64,000 nt of DNA from an uncultured Bifidobacteriaceae bacterium (GCA_947253155.1 CAMXYK010000005.1:472-64471), one strand, 5' to 3'; shown: positions 1 to 10,031, counted from the first letter of the stretch. A program made the numbers and translations. Notes: generated from the sequence alone by a model not told the origin.

Positions 1-984
1 GGCTCTCCTGCGTGGAAGTGGTCGCTTGTAGCTCTTTCTTGTGCATTGTTGATTACTGGTCAAGTGATTGACATCGCTAGCGAAGTTTTTGAGGTTGATG
101 CTGCCGGCGGCGATGATGGCATGATTGTCAACTACAGCGGCATTGTGAGTATTTTGGCAAGTATCACAGGAACGTTACTTGGCTCTCCACTTGGTTCGTG
201 GATTGCAAGCTGGTCGATTCCTGCTGTTTTGATTTTCTCGTCCGTGACTTCTTTTGCGGCTTGTGCTACGCGATTTATTATGAAACAAGACATTGCGCAA
301 GCGTCTTGTGCAGAAGAGGAAGCGTTGCAAGATGTAGAGAACGAATCGCAAGAATCGCAAGAAAATCAAGAAAAGCAGACGGAACTGGAAAATAAAGCAG
401 ATTCCAAATCTGCAGCTAAGCAATCTGCGAATCCATCGCTCAAGAGCAAGATTATGCTTCTTGCCGGATCTCTTTTAGTCGCTTTTATTCCTGCATGCTC
501 CGTTTCTTATATTCTTCTTGGTCTTGGTAATCAATATGGCTCTAAATCTTTAACAATACTGTATATTTTCAGTGGTGTAGGAAGCGTACTTGCGTCAGTT
601 TTATATGCGCACTCTTCTCAAAAACTCGGTCTAAGAAAAGTGGCGATTTTAGGTATTGCTGTGAGCTTGCTTGCTTATTTCTTTATGTTTAGTAGTCTTT
701 TACCAATAATGTGGGTTGCGTTCTTCCTTGAATCGATTGGCGGAATGCTACTAGTAGAGCCGATTATTGTTGCGCGTCAGATTCTGTTTAAAGGAAGTAC
801 TCTCGCTAAGTTTTCTGGTTGGGCACGACTCGCGTTTGCGATTGGTGCTACTAGTGGATCTTGGATTGGATTTGCATTCTCGTCTACGTTCCAATGGCAG
901 CTTTTGCCTATACTAGCGTTGATTTTTACTGCCGGTTTGCTTGTTGTTTTGCCACAGTTGCCAAACACGAGCTACGCAGATTAG
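1..984 (+). CDS. MFS-like multi-pass membrane protein, 5' end outside the window
   Basis: Frame is open from base 1; two hydrophobic helix bundles joined by a charged Q/E-rich central loop. Confidence 0.65.
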   Translation, partial: GSPAWKWSLVALSCALLITGQVIDIASEVFEVDAAGGDDGMIVNYSGIVSILASITGTLLGSPLGSWIASWSIPAVLIFSSVTSFAACATRFIMKQDIAQASCAEEEALQDVENESQESQENQEKQTELENKADSKSAAKQSANPSLKSKIMLLAGSLLVAFIPACSVSYILLGLGNQYGSKSLTILYIFSGVGSVLASVLYAHSSQKLGLRKVAILGIAVSLLAYFFMFSSLLPIMWVAFFLESIGGMLLVEPIIVARQILFKGSTLAKFSGWARLAFAIGATSGSWIGFAFSSTFQWQLLPILALIFTAGLLVVLPQLPNTSYAD

Positions 985-1121
985 ACGATTTGCATATATA
1001 TGCATACCTATGTATAATCTGTAAAAAATAAAAATAAAAAATAAAAAGAGAAATCTTGCAAGTGTGAATGCAAACAAAAGAGTATAAAATATTCTGCACG
1101 AATTAGATACAGGAGACTCTC

Positions 1122-2378
1122 ATGCACAAGATTATTCAAAAATGGAATAGCATTGACCTTATTTTGCGCATTGTTATTGGCCTTTTTCTTGGTGCTTCAC
1201 TTGGCATCTTTGTGCCGGCTCACGTTTATGTGCTCGATCTTATTGGAAAGCTTTTCGTGAGCGCGCTTAAATCTGTTGCTCCGATTTTGGTATTTTGCTT
1301 GGTGATTGGTGCTCTTGCAAAAGCAAAAAGTGTGGGCAATATGAAGCTTGTAATCGTGTTGTACGCATTTTCTACGTTTGCTGCAAGTTTGGTAGCAGTG
1401 TGTGCGGCTATGATTTTCCCGGTTGACTTTACTTTTGCTCATGTTGAGGCAGCATCTTCGCCGTCTCCTCAAGGAATTGGTGAAGTTCTTAATTCTCTTG
1501 TGCTAAATATTGTGGTAAATCCTGTAGATGCTCTTTCTAAGGGCAACTTTATTGGCATCCTCTTCTGGGCAATCGCTTTTGGTATTGCACTTCGTTTAGC
1601 TGATCCTTCCACAAAAACATTCTTCGATAATATTTCGTCTGCAATTGGAAAAATTGTTCACTGGATTATTAACGCAGCGCCTTTTGGCATTATGGGTCTT
1701 GTTTATACAACGGTTGCAAGTAACGGTCTTCGTATTTTTAGCGAGTACGGTTCTGTTATTGCTCTGTTAGTTTGCACTATGGCTGTTGTTGCTTTGATTC
1801 TTAATCCTATTTTGGTTTTCGTTCTTACTGGCAAGAATCCGTATCCTCTTGTATTGAGAACATTGCGCGATTCGGGTGTTACAGCGTTCTTTATGCGTTC
1901 TTCTGCTGCAAATATTCCTGTGAATATGAATTTGTGCGAAAAGCTTGGTTTTAACAAAGACAATTACTCGGTTTCAATACCGCTTGGTTCAACTATTAAT
2001 ATGAGTGGTGCTGCTATAACTATTTCTATTATGGCTTTGTGTGCTGCGCATACGCTTGGTATTTACGTTGATATTCCAACGGCTGTGATTCTTTCTGTGC
2101 TTTCTGCAGTTTCTGCTGCTGGTGCGTCTGGCGTGGCCGGTGGTTCGCTTTTGCTTATACCTCTTGCCTGCTCGTCGTTTGGTATTTCGAATGACATTGC
2201 TATGCAAGTAGTTGCTATCGGTCTTATTATTGGCGTGATTCAGGATTCTTGCGAAACTGCACTTAACTCTTCCACAGATGTTCTCTTTACTGCAGTTGGT
2301 GAATATCGCATGTGGCAGCGTGCAGGTATTGAATTCAAAATGGGTCAAGATCACGAGACTGTGCAGCTTAAGAAGTAG
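1122..2378 (+). CDS. sstT: Serine/threonine:Na+ symporter SstT (DAACS family)
   Basis: Motifs LKSVAPILVF, RSSAANIPVN, PLGSTINMSG, GASGVAGGSLLLIPLAC, QDSCETALNSSTD; AGGAG RBS. Confidence 0.9.
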   Translation: MHKIIQKWNSIDLILRIVIGLFLGASLGIFVPAHVYVLDLIGKLFVSALKSVAPILVFCLVIGALAKAKSVGNMKLVIVLYAFSTFAASLVAVCAAMIFPVDFTFAHVEAASSPSPQGIGEVLNSLVLNIVVNPVDALSKGNFIGILFWAIAFGIALRLADPSTKTFFDNISSAIGKIVHWIINAAPFGIMGLVYTTVASNGLRIFSEYGSVIALLVCTMAVVALILNPILVFVLTGKNPYPLVLRTLRDSGVTAFFMRSSAANIPVNMNLCEKLGFNKDNYSVSIPLGSTINMSGAAITISIMALCAAHTLGIYVDIPTAVILSVLSAVSAAGASGVAGGSLLLIPLACSSFGISNDIAMQVVAIGLIIGVIQDSCETALNSSTDVLFTAVGEYRMWQRAGIEFKMGQDHETVQLKK

Positions 2379-2470
2379 CTGTTGCTAGCTTTTGCTGCTT
2401 TTGTAGCTGTTGCTAAGTAAGTATTCTTCCTAGTGCGCGTTTTTACGTTTTTACGTTTTATGAGCGCGCA

Positions 2471-3310
2471 TTATGCTTTAGGGAAGTGGTAGGTTGTGTT
2501 GGCAGGAATACTGCGGTTAATCCACGCGTTTGCTGCGATTATGCTTCCGCTGCCAATTGTAGTTTCGCCGCCAAGAATCGTAGCGTTTGCGTAAATTACT
2601 ACGTTATCGCCAATATTCGGATGTCGCTTTCCGCCTTTTATAGGATTTCCGTCATCGTCCAGCGCAAAGCTTTTTGCTCCAAGCGTTACACCTTGGTAAA
2701 GCTTAACATGCTCGCCGATTACAGTTGTCTCTCCAATTACGATGCCTGTTCCGTGATCAATGCAGAAATATGCGCCAATTTTTGCTCCAGGGTGAATGTC
2801 AATTCCCGTTTTTCTGTGTGCATATTCGCTCATAAGTCTAGGAATTAGTGGCACGTTAAGCTCATATAGTGCGTGAGCTGTGCGATGAATAAGCATTGCA
2901 TAAAAACCTGGGTATGCGAGCGTGACTTCTACTTTGCTTGTGCAAGCAGGATCGCCTTCGTATATTGCTTGAATATCTGTTAAAAGTAACTTTTTAATTT
3001 CAGGAAGTGTACTTATAAATTGATTGCAAGTTTCTCGAATTTTAACTGTGTCGTTTGTATAGCATTGAAGTTCGTGGAATATAATGCGTTCTATAGTGTC
3101 TAATGCGTTTGAGGTAACAGTATTCAAAGTAGCATTGAATTGAGTAGTATCGTTGCTTATATTGCGCATATGCAACTCAGGCAAAAGTAATACCTGAGTT
3201 GCATGTATGAGCGCAATAATATTTCGATAATTAGGTATGAATGTAGCTTGCCTTATGTCAGAATCATGAATTGAGTTGAGTTTGCTTATAAGGTCAAGAT
3301 GCTCATTCAT
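2471..3310 (-). CDS. cysE: Serine O-acetyltransferase (long EpsC-like form)
   Basis: GDPA, TGIDIHPGAKIG, IDHGTGIVIGET, KRHP hexapeptide-repeat motifs; downstream of cysK. Confidence 0.9.
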   Translation of the reverse strand: MNEHLDLISKLNSIHDSDIRQATFIPNYRNIIALIHATQVLLLPELHMRNISNDTTQFNATLNTVTSNALDTIERIIFHELQCYTNDTVKIRETCNQFISTLPEIKKLLLTDIQAIYEGDPACTSKVEVTLAYPGFYAMLIHRTAHALYELNVPLIPRLMSEYAHRKTGIDIHPGAKIGAYFCIDHGTGIVIGETTVIGEHVKLYQGVTLGAKSFALDDDGNPIKGGKRHPNIGDNVVIYANATILGGETTIGSGSIIAANAWINRSIPANTTYHFPKA

Positions 3311-3451
3311 ACATTAATCTCCAGTATTTTTATTTTCTTTATTTCTTTATTTCTTTATTTCTTCTTATTTTCTAGTTTTGATTACTAATTAATATTGTCA
3401 TTTATTATTTAATCAAAACTTGCGTGCTTATAGTAGTTCTCCTAAATGTAT

Positions 3452-4384
3452 TTAGTCTTCAAATAATGCAGTAGACAAGTATCGATCTCCGGAATCTGGA
3501 AGTATTGCAACAATGGTTTTGTCTGCATTTTCTTCTCTTTTTGCTTCTTGAATCGCTGTCCAAACTGCAGCTCCGGAAGAAATGCCTACGAGCACGCCTT
3601 CCTTTTTGCTTATAAGCTTACCACTTTCGATTGCGTCTTCATTTGTTACATGAACAATGCGATCGTAAATGTTTTGGTTTAGCACATCTGGCACGAATCC
3701 TGCGCCGATTCCTTGAATCTTGTGTGCTCCTGGCTTTCCGCCTGCAAGCACAGGGGAGTCGGCTGGCTCTACTGCGACTACTTCAAGCTTAGGATTTTGT
3801 TCCTTTAAGTATGTGCCAGTACCTGTGATTGTGCCGCCAGTTCCAACGCCTGCAATAAGAATATCCACGTTTCCGTCAGTGTCTTGCCAAATTTCTGGGC
3901 CGGTTGTGTTGTAGTGTGCGTGCACGTTTGCTTGGTTGGTAAACTGTCCCGGAGTCCACGCGTTTGGCGTGTTTTCAACTATTTCCTTAGCCTTGGCAAT
4001 TGCGCCCTTCATTCCTTCTGCAGCAGGAGTTAGTACGAGTTCTGCTCCGTATGCTTTCATAAGTTTTCGGCGTTCAATAGACATGCTTTCTGGCATGACG
4101 ATAATGCTTTTGTATCCTTTTGTTTGCGCAATCATTGCAAGACCGATGCCAGTGTTTCCGGAAGTTGGCTCAACAATTACAGAACCTGGTTTGAGAATTC
4201 CTGCGGCTTCTGCTTCTTCAATCATTTGCTTTGCAATGCGGTCTTTTACAGAACCTGCTGGGTTGAAGTATTCGAGTTTTACGAGTATTCGTGCTTGAAG
4301 ATTGTGCTCTTTTTCAATGTGAGTAAGCTCCAGAAGTGGAGTGTGGCCTACGAGTTCTTGCACAGACTGGTAGATGTTAGACAT
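3452..4384 (-). CDS. cysK: Cysteine synthase A
   Basis: PLP lysine motif NPAGSVKDR, EPTSGNTG, GVGTGGT, HKIQGIG, PDSGDRYLST. Confidence 0.95.
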   Translation of the reverse strand: MSNIYQSVQELVGHTPLLELTHIEKEHNLQARILVKLEYFNPAGSVKDRIAKQMIEEAEAAGILKPGSVIVEPTSGNTGIGLAMIAQTKGYKSIIVMPESMSIERRKLMKAYGAELVLTPAAEGMKGAIAKAKEIVENTPNAWTPGQFTNQANVHAHYNTTGPEIWQDTDGNVDILIAGVGTGGTITGTGTYLKEQNPKLEVVAVEPADSPVLAGGKPGAHKIQGIGAGFVPDVLNQNIYDRIVHVTNEDAIESGKLISKKEGVLVGISSGAAVWTAIQEAKREENADKTIVAILPDSGDRYLSTALFED

Positions 4385-4594
4385 AATATTTCCCCTTACT
4401 TGTTTGTTTTGTTTAATTTGTTTTGTTTAATTTTGCTTATTTTTAATTTTTAAAAATAATTTTTATTAATAAAGCAACTATTGTTTTATTAGTTGTTTCT
4501 AAAAATGCCATTATTCGTTCTAAAATTTATTCGTTTTAATATTTAATCCGTATCAATTTTTATTTTTTAACGTTTTATATTCGAATTTTGGCAT

Positions 4595-4621
4595 AAAAAA
4601 AGAAACAGCGCGCTGTTTCTT
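4595..4621 (-). terminator. Attenuator terminator of the cysK-cysE leader
   Basis: Perfect palindrome AAGAAACAGCGCGCTGTTTCTT (4600-4621) running into a T-tract on the minus strand, between leader ORF and cysK. Confidence 0.8.
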
Positions 4622-4682
4622 GAATCGTAATTTGCTGTGTTCTAACGTAAATTCTTCTAACACAGGCTAGATGTATGCATAT

Positions 4683-4769
4683 TTAGTGTTTGCAAACATC
4701 ATTTCGATTAAGAAATGCGCAACAACATACGTTACAACAACAATTTGTCATCATATTTGTATGATACAT
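4683..4769 (-). CDS. Cys-rich leader peptide MYHTNMMTNCCCNVCCCAFLNRNDVCKH (28 aa)
   Basis: Translated by hand; AAAGGAG RBS 6 nt before ATG; 7 Cys codons including two CCC runs; upstream of cysteine biosynthesis genes. Confidence 0.85.
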   Translation of the reverse strand: MYHTNMMTNCCCNVCCCAFLNRNDVCKH

Positions 4770-4808
4770 GTGCACTCCTTTGACTTATCGAAATGGTGAT
4801 AAGTGAAG

Positions 4809-4837
4809 ACTATAGCGAATGGATTTTAGTTTGTCAA
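4809..4837 (-). promoter_or_regulatory. Sigma-A promoter of the cys leader
   Basis: TTGACA-17 nt-TATAGT on the minus strand, about 40 nt upstream of the leader ATG. Confidence 0.8.
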
Positions 4838-5165
4838 ACTTGATTTATGTTTGCTGATTCTAATTTCAAGAAATTACGCGATTTGTGCATTTGCTTTCTT
4901 TGCTACTTTATTTGATAGTTGGTAGTTTGTTAGTTTGGTTGTTTTGAAATTTTTCTCGGTGAAGAGAATTAACGTAAATTGCAAAATCTTCATTTTTATC
5001 GTATAACTGCAATAAAATCAAACAGAAGAGATTCGCTAATGGCACATATCATTGTGCGCCAATGTGTTATCTTCAAAAAAGTTATATCTTGTTTATAAAA
5101 CAAGTTCATAAAATATTTTTTGCAAATATTTTATGGAAATTATGTTGTACAGAAGGAGGGAATAT

Positions 5166-6344
5166 ATGTCTCACTTGAAGAAGAGCGTATTCGTTGCACT
5201 TTCAATTGTTTCGACTGTTGCAGTACTTATGTCAGGCGTATCTACAGCAGAAGCAGCAGGCGCATACGATGATTCAACAACACCAACTGTAAACACAGAT
5301 TGGCATATTAAAAATGCTTCAATTGCTGCTAGTGTGTTACAGCATATTCGTCAAACTCGTTCAAAACTATACGACGATCGAAGTGTATATTTTGAAGGTG
5401 TTCCACTGCAAGATTATGTTACTCAGCATGGATTGACCAAAGAGCAGTATGTGAATAACATTCAGTATGATCGTGCAAACGAGGAGGATGCTTACCGTAG
5501 AGCTAAAGAAACCCGTCAGCACGGAAAAATTGGACATCTTGGTCCTGATGGTGTAAGTGAGCCAAATTACAAAGGACGTAAAGCATGGGGAGAAAATATT
5601 GCATGGGGAGTTGATGCTGCTGGCTCAATGGAACTTTGGACTTATAGAGAACTTCCTGCTTTGAAGAGTAGTCATGGATATTTTAATGGTAATTCTGGTC
5701 ACCTTTACCAGGTTCTTAATCCAGACAATATTTCCTTTGGCTACGGTCAAGTATCCGGCGGACCATACGGTGAAGTATCTACTTTAACTCTTTCAAACTA
5801 TCACGGTGATACTGATTATCCTGGTGGCAAGATTGGTGCCGGCGAGTCTGAAGATACAACAGGTGCAGAGAATCAGTCGGATACTCCAGATGTGGCTAAG
5901 TCTACGGAGAATGAGGATGATGTTAATGCTTCAAATCCTGTGACTGCTGGCGAAGCAGATGATGACGCGTTTGATAGTACTTATGATTTTGATAACTATT
6001 TTGGTGAAAATTCTGGTACTGATAATTACGTTGCTGATGCAAATGCTTCTTCTGATGTTTCTGATTATTCCGATTCGGATTATGCGGAGCTTGATGATAT
6101 TAATTTTGATGATTTAGATCTTTCTGATTTGGATTATTCTGAGCTTGATGCTGCTAATGATAAAACTCCAGATTATTCGACAGATTTGGATTATGCGGAG
6201 CTTGATGATATTAATTTTGATGATTTAGATCTTTCTGATTTGGATTATTCTGAGCTTGATTCTACTAATAATAAAGCCCCAAATTATTCCGACAACGCAA
6301 TTAATTCAGACGCTGGTAATTTAGATGATTTACTAGCTATCTGA
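5166..6344 (+). CDS. Secreted CAP/SCP-like domain protein with Asp-rich repetitive C-terminal tail
   Basis: AGGAGG RBS before ATG 5166; signal peptide ending AEA; GENIAWG, W..E and SGHLYQVLNP..FGYG resemble CAP motifs. Confidence 0.6.
   Translation: MSHLKKSVFVALSIVSTVAVLMSGVSTAEAAGAYDDSTTPTVNTDWHIKNASIAASVLQHIRQTRSKLYDDRSVYFEGVPLQDYVTQHGLTKEQYVNNIQYDRANEEDAYRRAKETRQHGKIGHLGPDGVSEPNYKGRKAWGENIAWGVDAAGSMELWTYRELPALKSSHGYFNGNSGHLYQVLNPDNISFGYGQVSGGPYGEVSTLTLSNYHGDTDYPGGKIGAGESEDTTGAENQSDTPDVAKSTENEDDVNASNPVTAGEADDDAFDSTYDFDNYFGENSGTDNYVADANASSDVSDYSDSDYAELDDINFDDLDLSDLDYSELDAANDKTPDYSTDLDYAELDDINFDDLDLSDLDYSELDSTNNKAPNYSDNAINSDAGNLDDLLAI
6077..6260 (+). repeat. 73-bp exact direct repeat, period 111 bp, encoding DYAELDDINFDDLDLSDLDYSELD twice
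   Basis: 6077-6149 equals 6188-6260. Confidence 0.9.
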
Positions 6345-6422
6345 TCTTTTTGTAGATAAACTACTGTTGCTTTGCTACTAGAGCTTTATATAAAGTTATT
6401 GTAGCATTTGCAACTAAATGGG

Positions 6423-6601
6423 AAACTACTATTACAACTACTACAACAGCATCTGATGTAATAGTAGTTTGTATTTATTGGTTCTAATTTGAGAAAGATA
6501 TTATAAAATCTGCGCCGTTGAAACATTACTATTAAGTAGAATGATGCTACTTTTGAAGCATTATAGTATTTGCAATAGTATTGTTTTTATGGCGCAGTTT
6601 T
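6423..6601. terminator. Two stem-loops between convergent genes
   Basis: AAACTACTATTACA..TGTAATAGTAGTTT (6423-6470) and CTGCGCCGTTGAAACATTACTATT..AATAGTATTGTTTTTATGGCGCAG (about 6509-6597). Confidence 0.5.
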
Positions 6602-6634
6602 ATTGCTTGTGATTTTATTGTTTGCAATAGTATT

Positions 6635-7444
6635 TCACAAATTATTTAGACGATATGAGTGCACAAATTCTTCAACAGATAAGAATGTATCTTCATAACC
6701 AAGTTTTTCGCACAGCTTCACAACATCTGGCTTATCGAGTTGTGCGCTAGAAAGTATGTCATCGCGCATAAACGTTTCGCGCGCAGTACCGTCAAAAATA
6801 ATCTGACCATTTGAAAGTACAACAACGCGGCTGAATACTTTAGCTACAAAATTCATATCGTGAAGAACAGCTATAACAATTTTCCCTTGCGAAACTAATC
6901 TTTTAATAATCGATTCAATACGACGTTTGCCACAATCATCCTGAGCAATCGTAGGCTCGTCTAAAATAACAACTTGAGTATCCATTGCCAAAATTGACGC
7001 AATAGAAACCATTTTTCTTTCGCAAAGACTTAAATCGTAAGGATTTACTTCGCTTTTATCCAAAAGCCCTACAATTTTCAAACTTTCTTGTGCTCGTAAT
7101 AATGCTTGATCTTTATCAATTCCAATTTTTAAAAGTCCAAACATTACTTCGCGCATAACGGAGGATTCAAAAATCTGGTCATCTGGATTTTGGAATACGA
7201 AACCAATATCTCCAGCAAGAGACGGAACGCTACGTTTTGCAATATCTTCACCGTTTAATAAAACACTTCCAGATTTCGGCGTAAGAAGTCCTCTAATGAT
7301 TTTTAATAAAGTTGTTTTTCCAGTACCATTTTGACCAACAATAGCGCATGCTCCGGGTGTAAAAGACAAATCGAAATTATCGAATATTTGCATTTTTGGA
7401 GCATAAGAAAAAGATACGTTTCGCATTTCGATTATTGGATTCAT
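6635..7444 (-). CDS. ECF transporter ATPase A' component
   Basis: GQNGTGKT, FQNPDDQ, LDEPT; variant signature LSLCE. Confidence 0.85.
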   Translation of the reverse strand: MNPIIEMRNVSFSYAPKMQIFDNFDLSFTPGACAIVGQNGTGKTTLLKIIRGLLTPKSGSVLLNGEDIAKRSVPSLAGDIGFVFQNPDDQIFESSVMREVMFGLLKIGIDKDQALLRAQESLKIVGLLDKSEVNPYDLSLCERKMVSIASILAMDTQVVILDEPTIAQDDCGKRRIESIIKRLVSQGKIVIAVLHDMNFVAKVFSRVVVLSNGQIIFDGTARETFMRDDILSSAQLDKPDVVKLCEKLGYEDTFLSVEEFVHSYRLNNL

Positions 7445-7446
7445 TT

Positions 7447-8295
7447 TTATAAGTTTCCTTTGCGTTCTTGTAAAATGCGTGACGTTTGCTCAAGAGTTAT
7501 TGGGTACAATCCATTACTGTTTTTTAGCGAAAGTTTTTTGCAAATTTGAGTATAAACAGGAGGATTTACACCATATTCTTCTAAATCTTCGCGAGAAAAT
7601 ATTTTCTGCGGAGTGTCAAAATCAATAAGTTTTCCTTCGCTTAAAAGCATTACGCGGTCGCTATATTGTGCGATTTTCTCCATTTTATGCTCAACCATAA
7701 TAATAGTTTGGCCTTGATTTTTTAAGGATTCTACTGCCTTAAAGACTTCTTCAGAACCTTTAGGGTCAAGCTGTGAAGTAGGCTCGTCTAAAATTATTAT
7801 TTCAGGTTGCATAACTAAAATTCCGGCAATAGACATGCGTTGCATTTGACCGCCAGATAAATCGTATGGAGAACAATCTTTAAGATGCGCAATGTTAAGC
7901 ATTTTCATAATTTTCTCTACACGATTTTGCATTTCGCTTTGTTTAACGCCAAGATTTTCAAGTCCGAAAGCAACTTCTTCGTATACGGTAAGCTTCGCGC
8001 CTGTAATTTGATTAAAAGGATTCTGAAAAACCAGCCCAACTTTTTTGCAAAGACTATCTATTGGAGTCGTTTTTGCATTAAGACCGTCTACTTCAACTTT
8101 TCCGCCGTACGCTCCATGATAAAGATTAGGAACAAGACCTAAAATAGCTTGCGATAATGTTGATTTTCCGGCTCCATTAGCGCCTATTACGCCAATAAAT
8201 TCGCCTTTATGTATATCGCAAGAAATGTCATCTAGCGCAAGAGTTTTGCTATAAGGATAGCGATATTTTAAGTGCTCTATATGAATAGCTGCCAT
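7447..8295 (-). CDS. ECF transporter ATPase A component
   Basis: GANGAGKS, FQNP, LSGGQ, LDEPTSQLDP. Confidence 0.85.
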   Translation of the reverse strand: MAAIHIEHLKYRYPYSKTLALDDISCDIHKGEFIGVIGANGAGKSTLSQAILGLVPNLYHGAYGGKVEVDGLNAKTTPIDSLCKKVGLVFQNPFNQITGAKLTVYEEVAFGLENLGVKQSEMQNRVEKIMKMLNIAHLKDCSPYDLSGGQMQRMSIAGILVMQPEIIILDEPTSQLDPKGSEEVFKAVESLKNQGQTIIMVEHKMEKIAQYSDRVMLLSEGKLIDFDTPQKIFSREDLEEYGVNPPVYTQICKKLSLKNSNGLYPITLEQTSRILQERKGNL

Positions 8296-9077
8296 GCTAT
8301 ATATCCTAAATTATGAAGTAACGCATAAAGAATAGATGCGATTATTACAATTAAACAAGCGCATAAAAATAGCGTATTGTATTTACTTGGCTTAAATGGT
8401 TTTATGAATGTTTTTTGATTATTGCACGAAAATCCGCGAACCTCTAAAGCTATAGTTCTTTCTTTAGAACTCATAAATGAAGACATAATAATAGGGGATA
8501 TTAGAGGCAAAAAAGCTTTGAAACGCGTTATAAGAGAACCTTTTGTTTGTAATCCTCTACTTCTTTGCGCGTCAACTATAGTTGAAGTTTGTTGCGTTAT
8601 TTGAGGAATGATTTGAAATAGTGACACAAAAACGTAACCCATTTTAGGTGGTAAACCAGCTCGCGTCATTTCCTGCATCATATCGGAAGGTTTAGTTGTA
8701 AGCGTTAAAACACAAAACGCAAACGAAATATTTAATATATTAAGCACAATTTTCATCGCTACTTCAAAACCTTCTTTGCGAGCAATCAAAGGTCCTAGTT
8801 TGAATAAAATCGTATAGTTTCCCGATCTAAAGAAAGTTTGCACTATAAAAATAGTTACAATAATAAAACCAGTAACTTGTACTACGATTTTTATTTTTGC
8901 TAGAACCCTTGATGTTGCAAGTAATATTAGGCTCAAAATAATGAAGATAGCAAAAGAAGTATAGCCTCCAAGCAAACTCGGCGTGCTTGTAGTGCATATT
9001 ACGTATGCAAGTTTTGTTTTTGCAGATAAGCCGTTTAGAAACGAATGCTTATCTTCAAATAGGCTGATACTTTTCAT
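8277..9077 (-). CDS. ECF transporter transmembrane T component
   Basis: AQRSRG and ALEVRGF coupling-helix motifs; between S and A genes. Confidence 0.85.
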   Translation of the reverse strand: MKSISLFEDKHSFLNGLSAKTKLAYVICTTSTPSLLGGYTSFAIFIILSLILLATSRVLAKIKIVVQVTGFIIVTIFIVQTFFRSGNYTILFKLGPLIARKEGFEVAMKIVLNILNISFAFCVLTLTTKPSDMMQEMTRAGLPPKMGYVFVSLFQIIPQITQQTSTIVDAQRSRGLQTKGSLITRFKAFLPLISPIIMSSFMSSKERTIALEVRGFSCNNQKTFIKPFKPSKYNTLFLCACLIVIIASILYALLHNLGYIAWQLFI

Positions 9078-9154
9078 GCTATCTCGTCTTATTGCGCTTA
9101 TATTAAAACTTCTAAATCTTAGCGTTTATGCTATTTATTTCCTGGTGATAACAC

Positions 9155-9755
9155 TTATTTATCAAGGTCTTCGTCATTGGATTGATAGATTGCTATTAAA
9201 CTCTTAGGAAGAACCTTATAAATTCCAGCCGCAAGGAACAAAACAACAATCTTGTCTGGTATATCTACAACAAGCTCATCTACGAATGATGCGAAGAATC
9301 CCTTGGAACCCATTGCTGCAAAAACAGCGTCACCCCAAACGTTTCCGGTGGTTCCACCCCAATAAATCATGTTTAAAGGTGTGGAGATAATTATTGCGAT
9401 TGCTGCAACAATAAGACTCGTTATAAGAATGTGATGCCATTTGTTCATATATTTTAATCGTGCAGCAATTCCAACGCTTACGCCAATTGCGGCGGCTGTG
9501 ATGCTATAAACTGTAGAAATTGGATCAATTGTTAAACCGTAAACAATATTAGTTAAGAATCCAGCAATTCCGCCTACAACTGGGCCTGCTAAGCATGCTG
9601 AAATGCAAGTGCCTAATGTGCCAAGCCAAAGAGGTAGTTTTAGCATACTAGCGAATAGTTTTGCAACGTAATTTATGCCGATAGCTGCAGGAATTAGTAC
9701 GAGTGAAGCTGTAGTTAATTTAACGCTCCAAATATTTTTTTAAACGATTGAACAT
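9155..9755 (-). pseudogene. ECF S component, frameshifted at an A7 run (pseudogene, phase variant or sequencing error)
   Basis: AGAAAGG RBS and ATG at 9755; span is 601 nt; removing one A at 9735-9741 gives MFNRLKNIWSVKLTTASLVLIPAAIGINYVAKLFASMLKLPLWL joined to ORF 9155-9646. Confidence 0.7.
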
Positions 9756-9842
9756 TGTTAGACCTTTCTGTCATCTAATGAACAAAATTAGGTTCATTAT
9801 ACTTCTTACTGTGTCTATGTGACGTTGTGGCGTGGATTGTTG

Positions 9843-9908
9843 CAATGTGCTACGCAATTTCAAGATTGGCAGAGACACTGGTGCAGATTGCGTTATGCGT
9901 TATGGTCT
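9843..9908 (+). repeat. Dispersed hairpin repeat family A, copy 1
   Basis: 52/66 ungapped identity (hand count) to 12490-12555. Confidence 0.7.
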
Positions 9909-10031
9909 CTGGTTGGCGCATTAATGGCCTATGTTAAGAAAAGAGATAGGCGATTTGATATACTAAGCGATTACACTAGAAAATTTAGGGTTTCAATGTT
10001 TATTTTGCAGCATTCGGAGGAGTTGTTGTAA

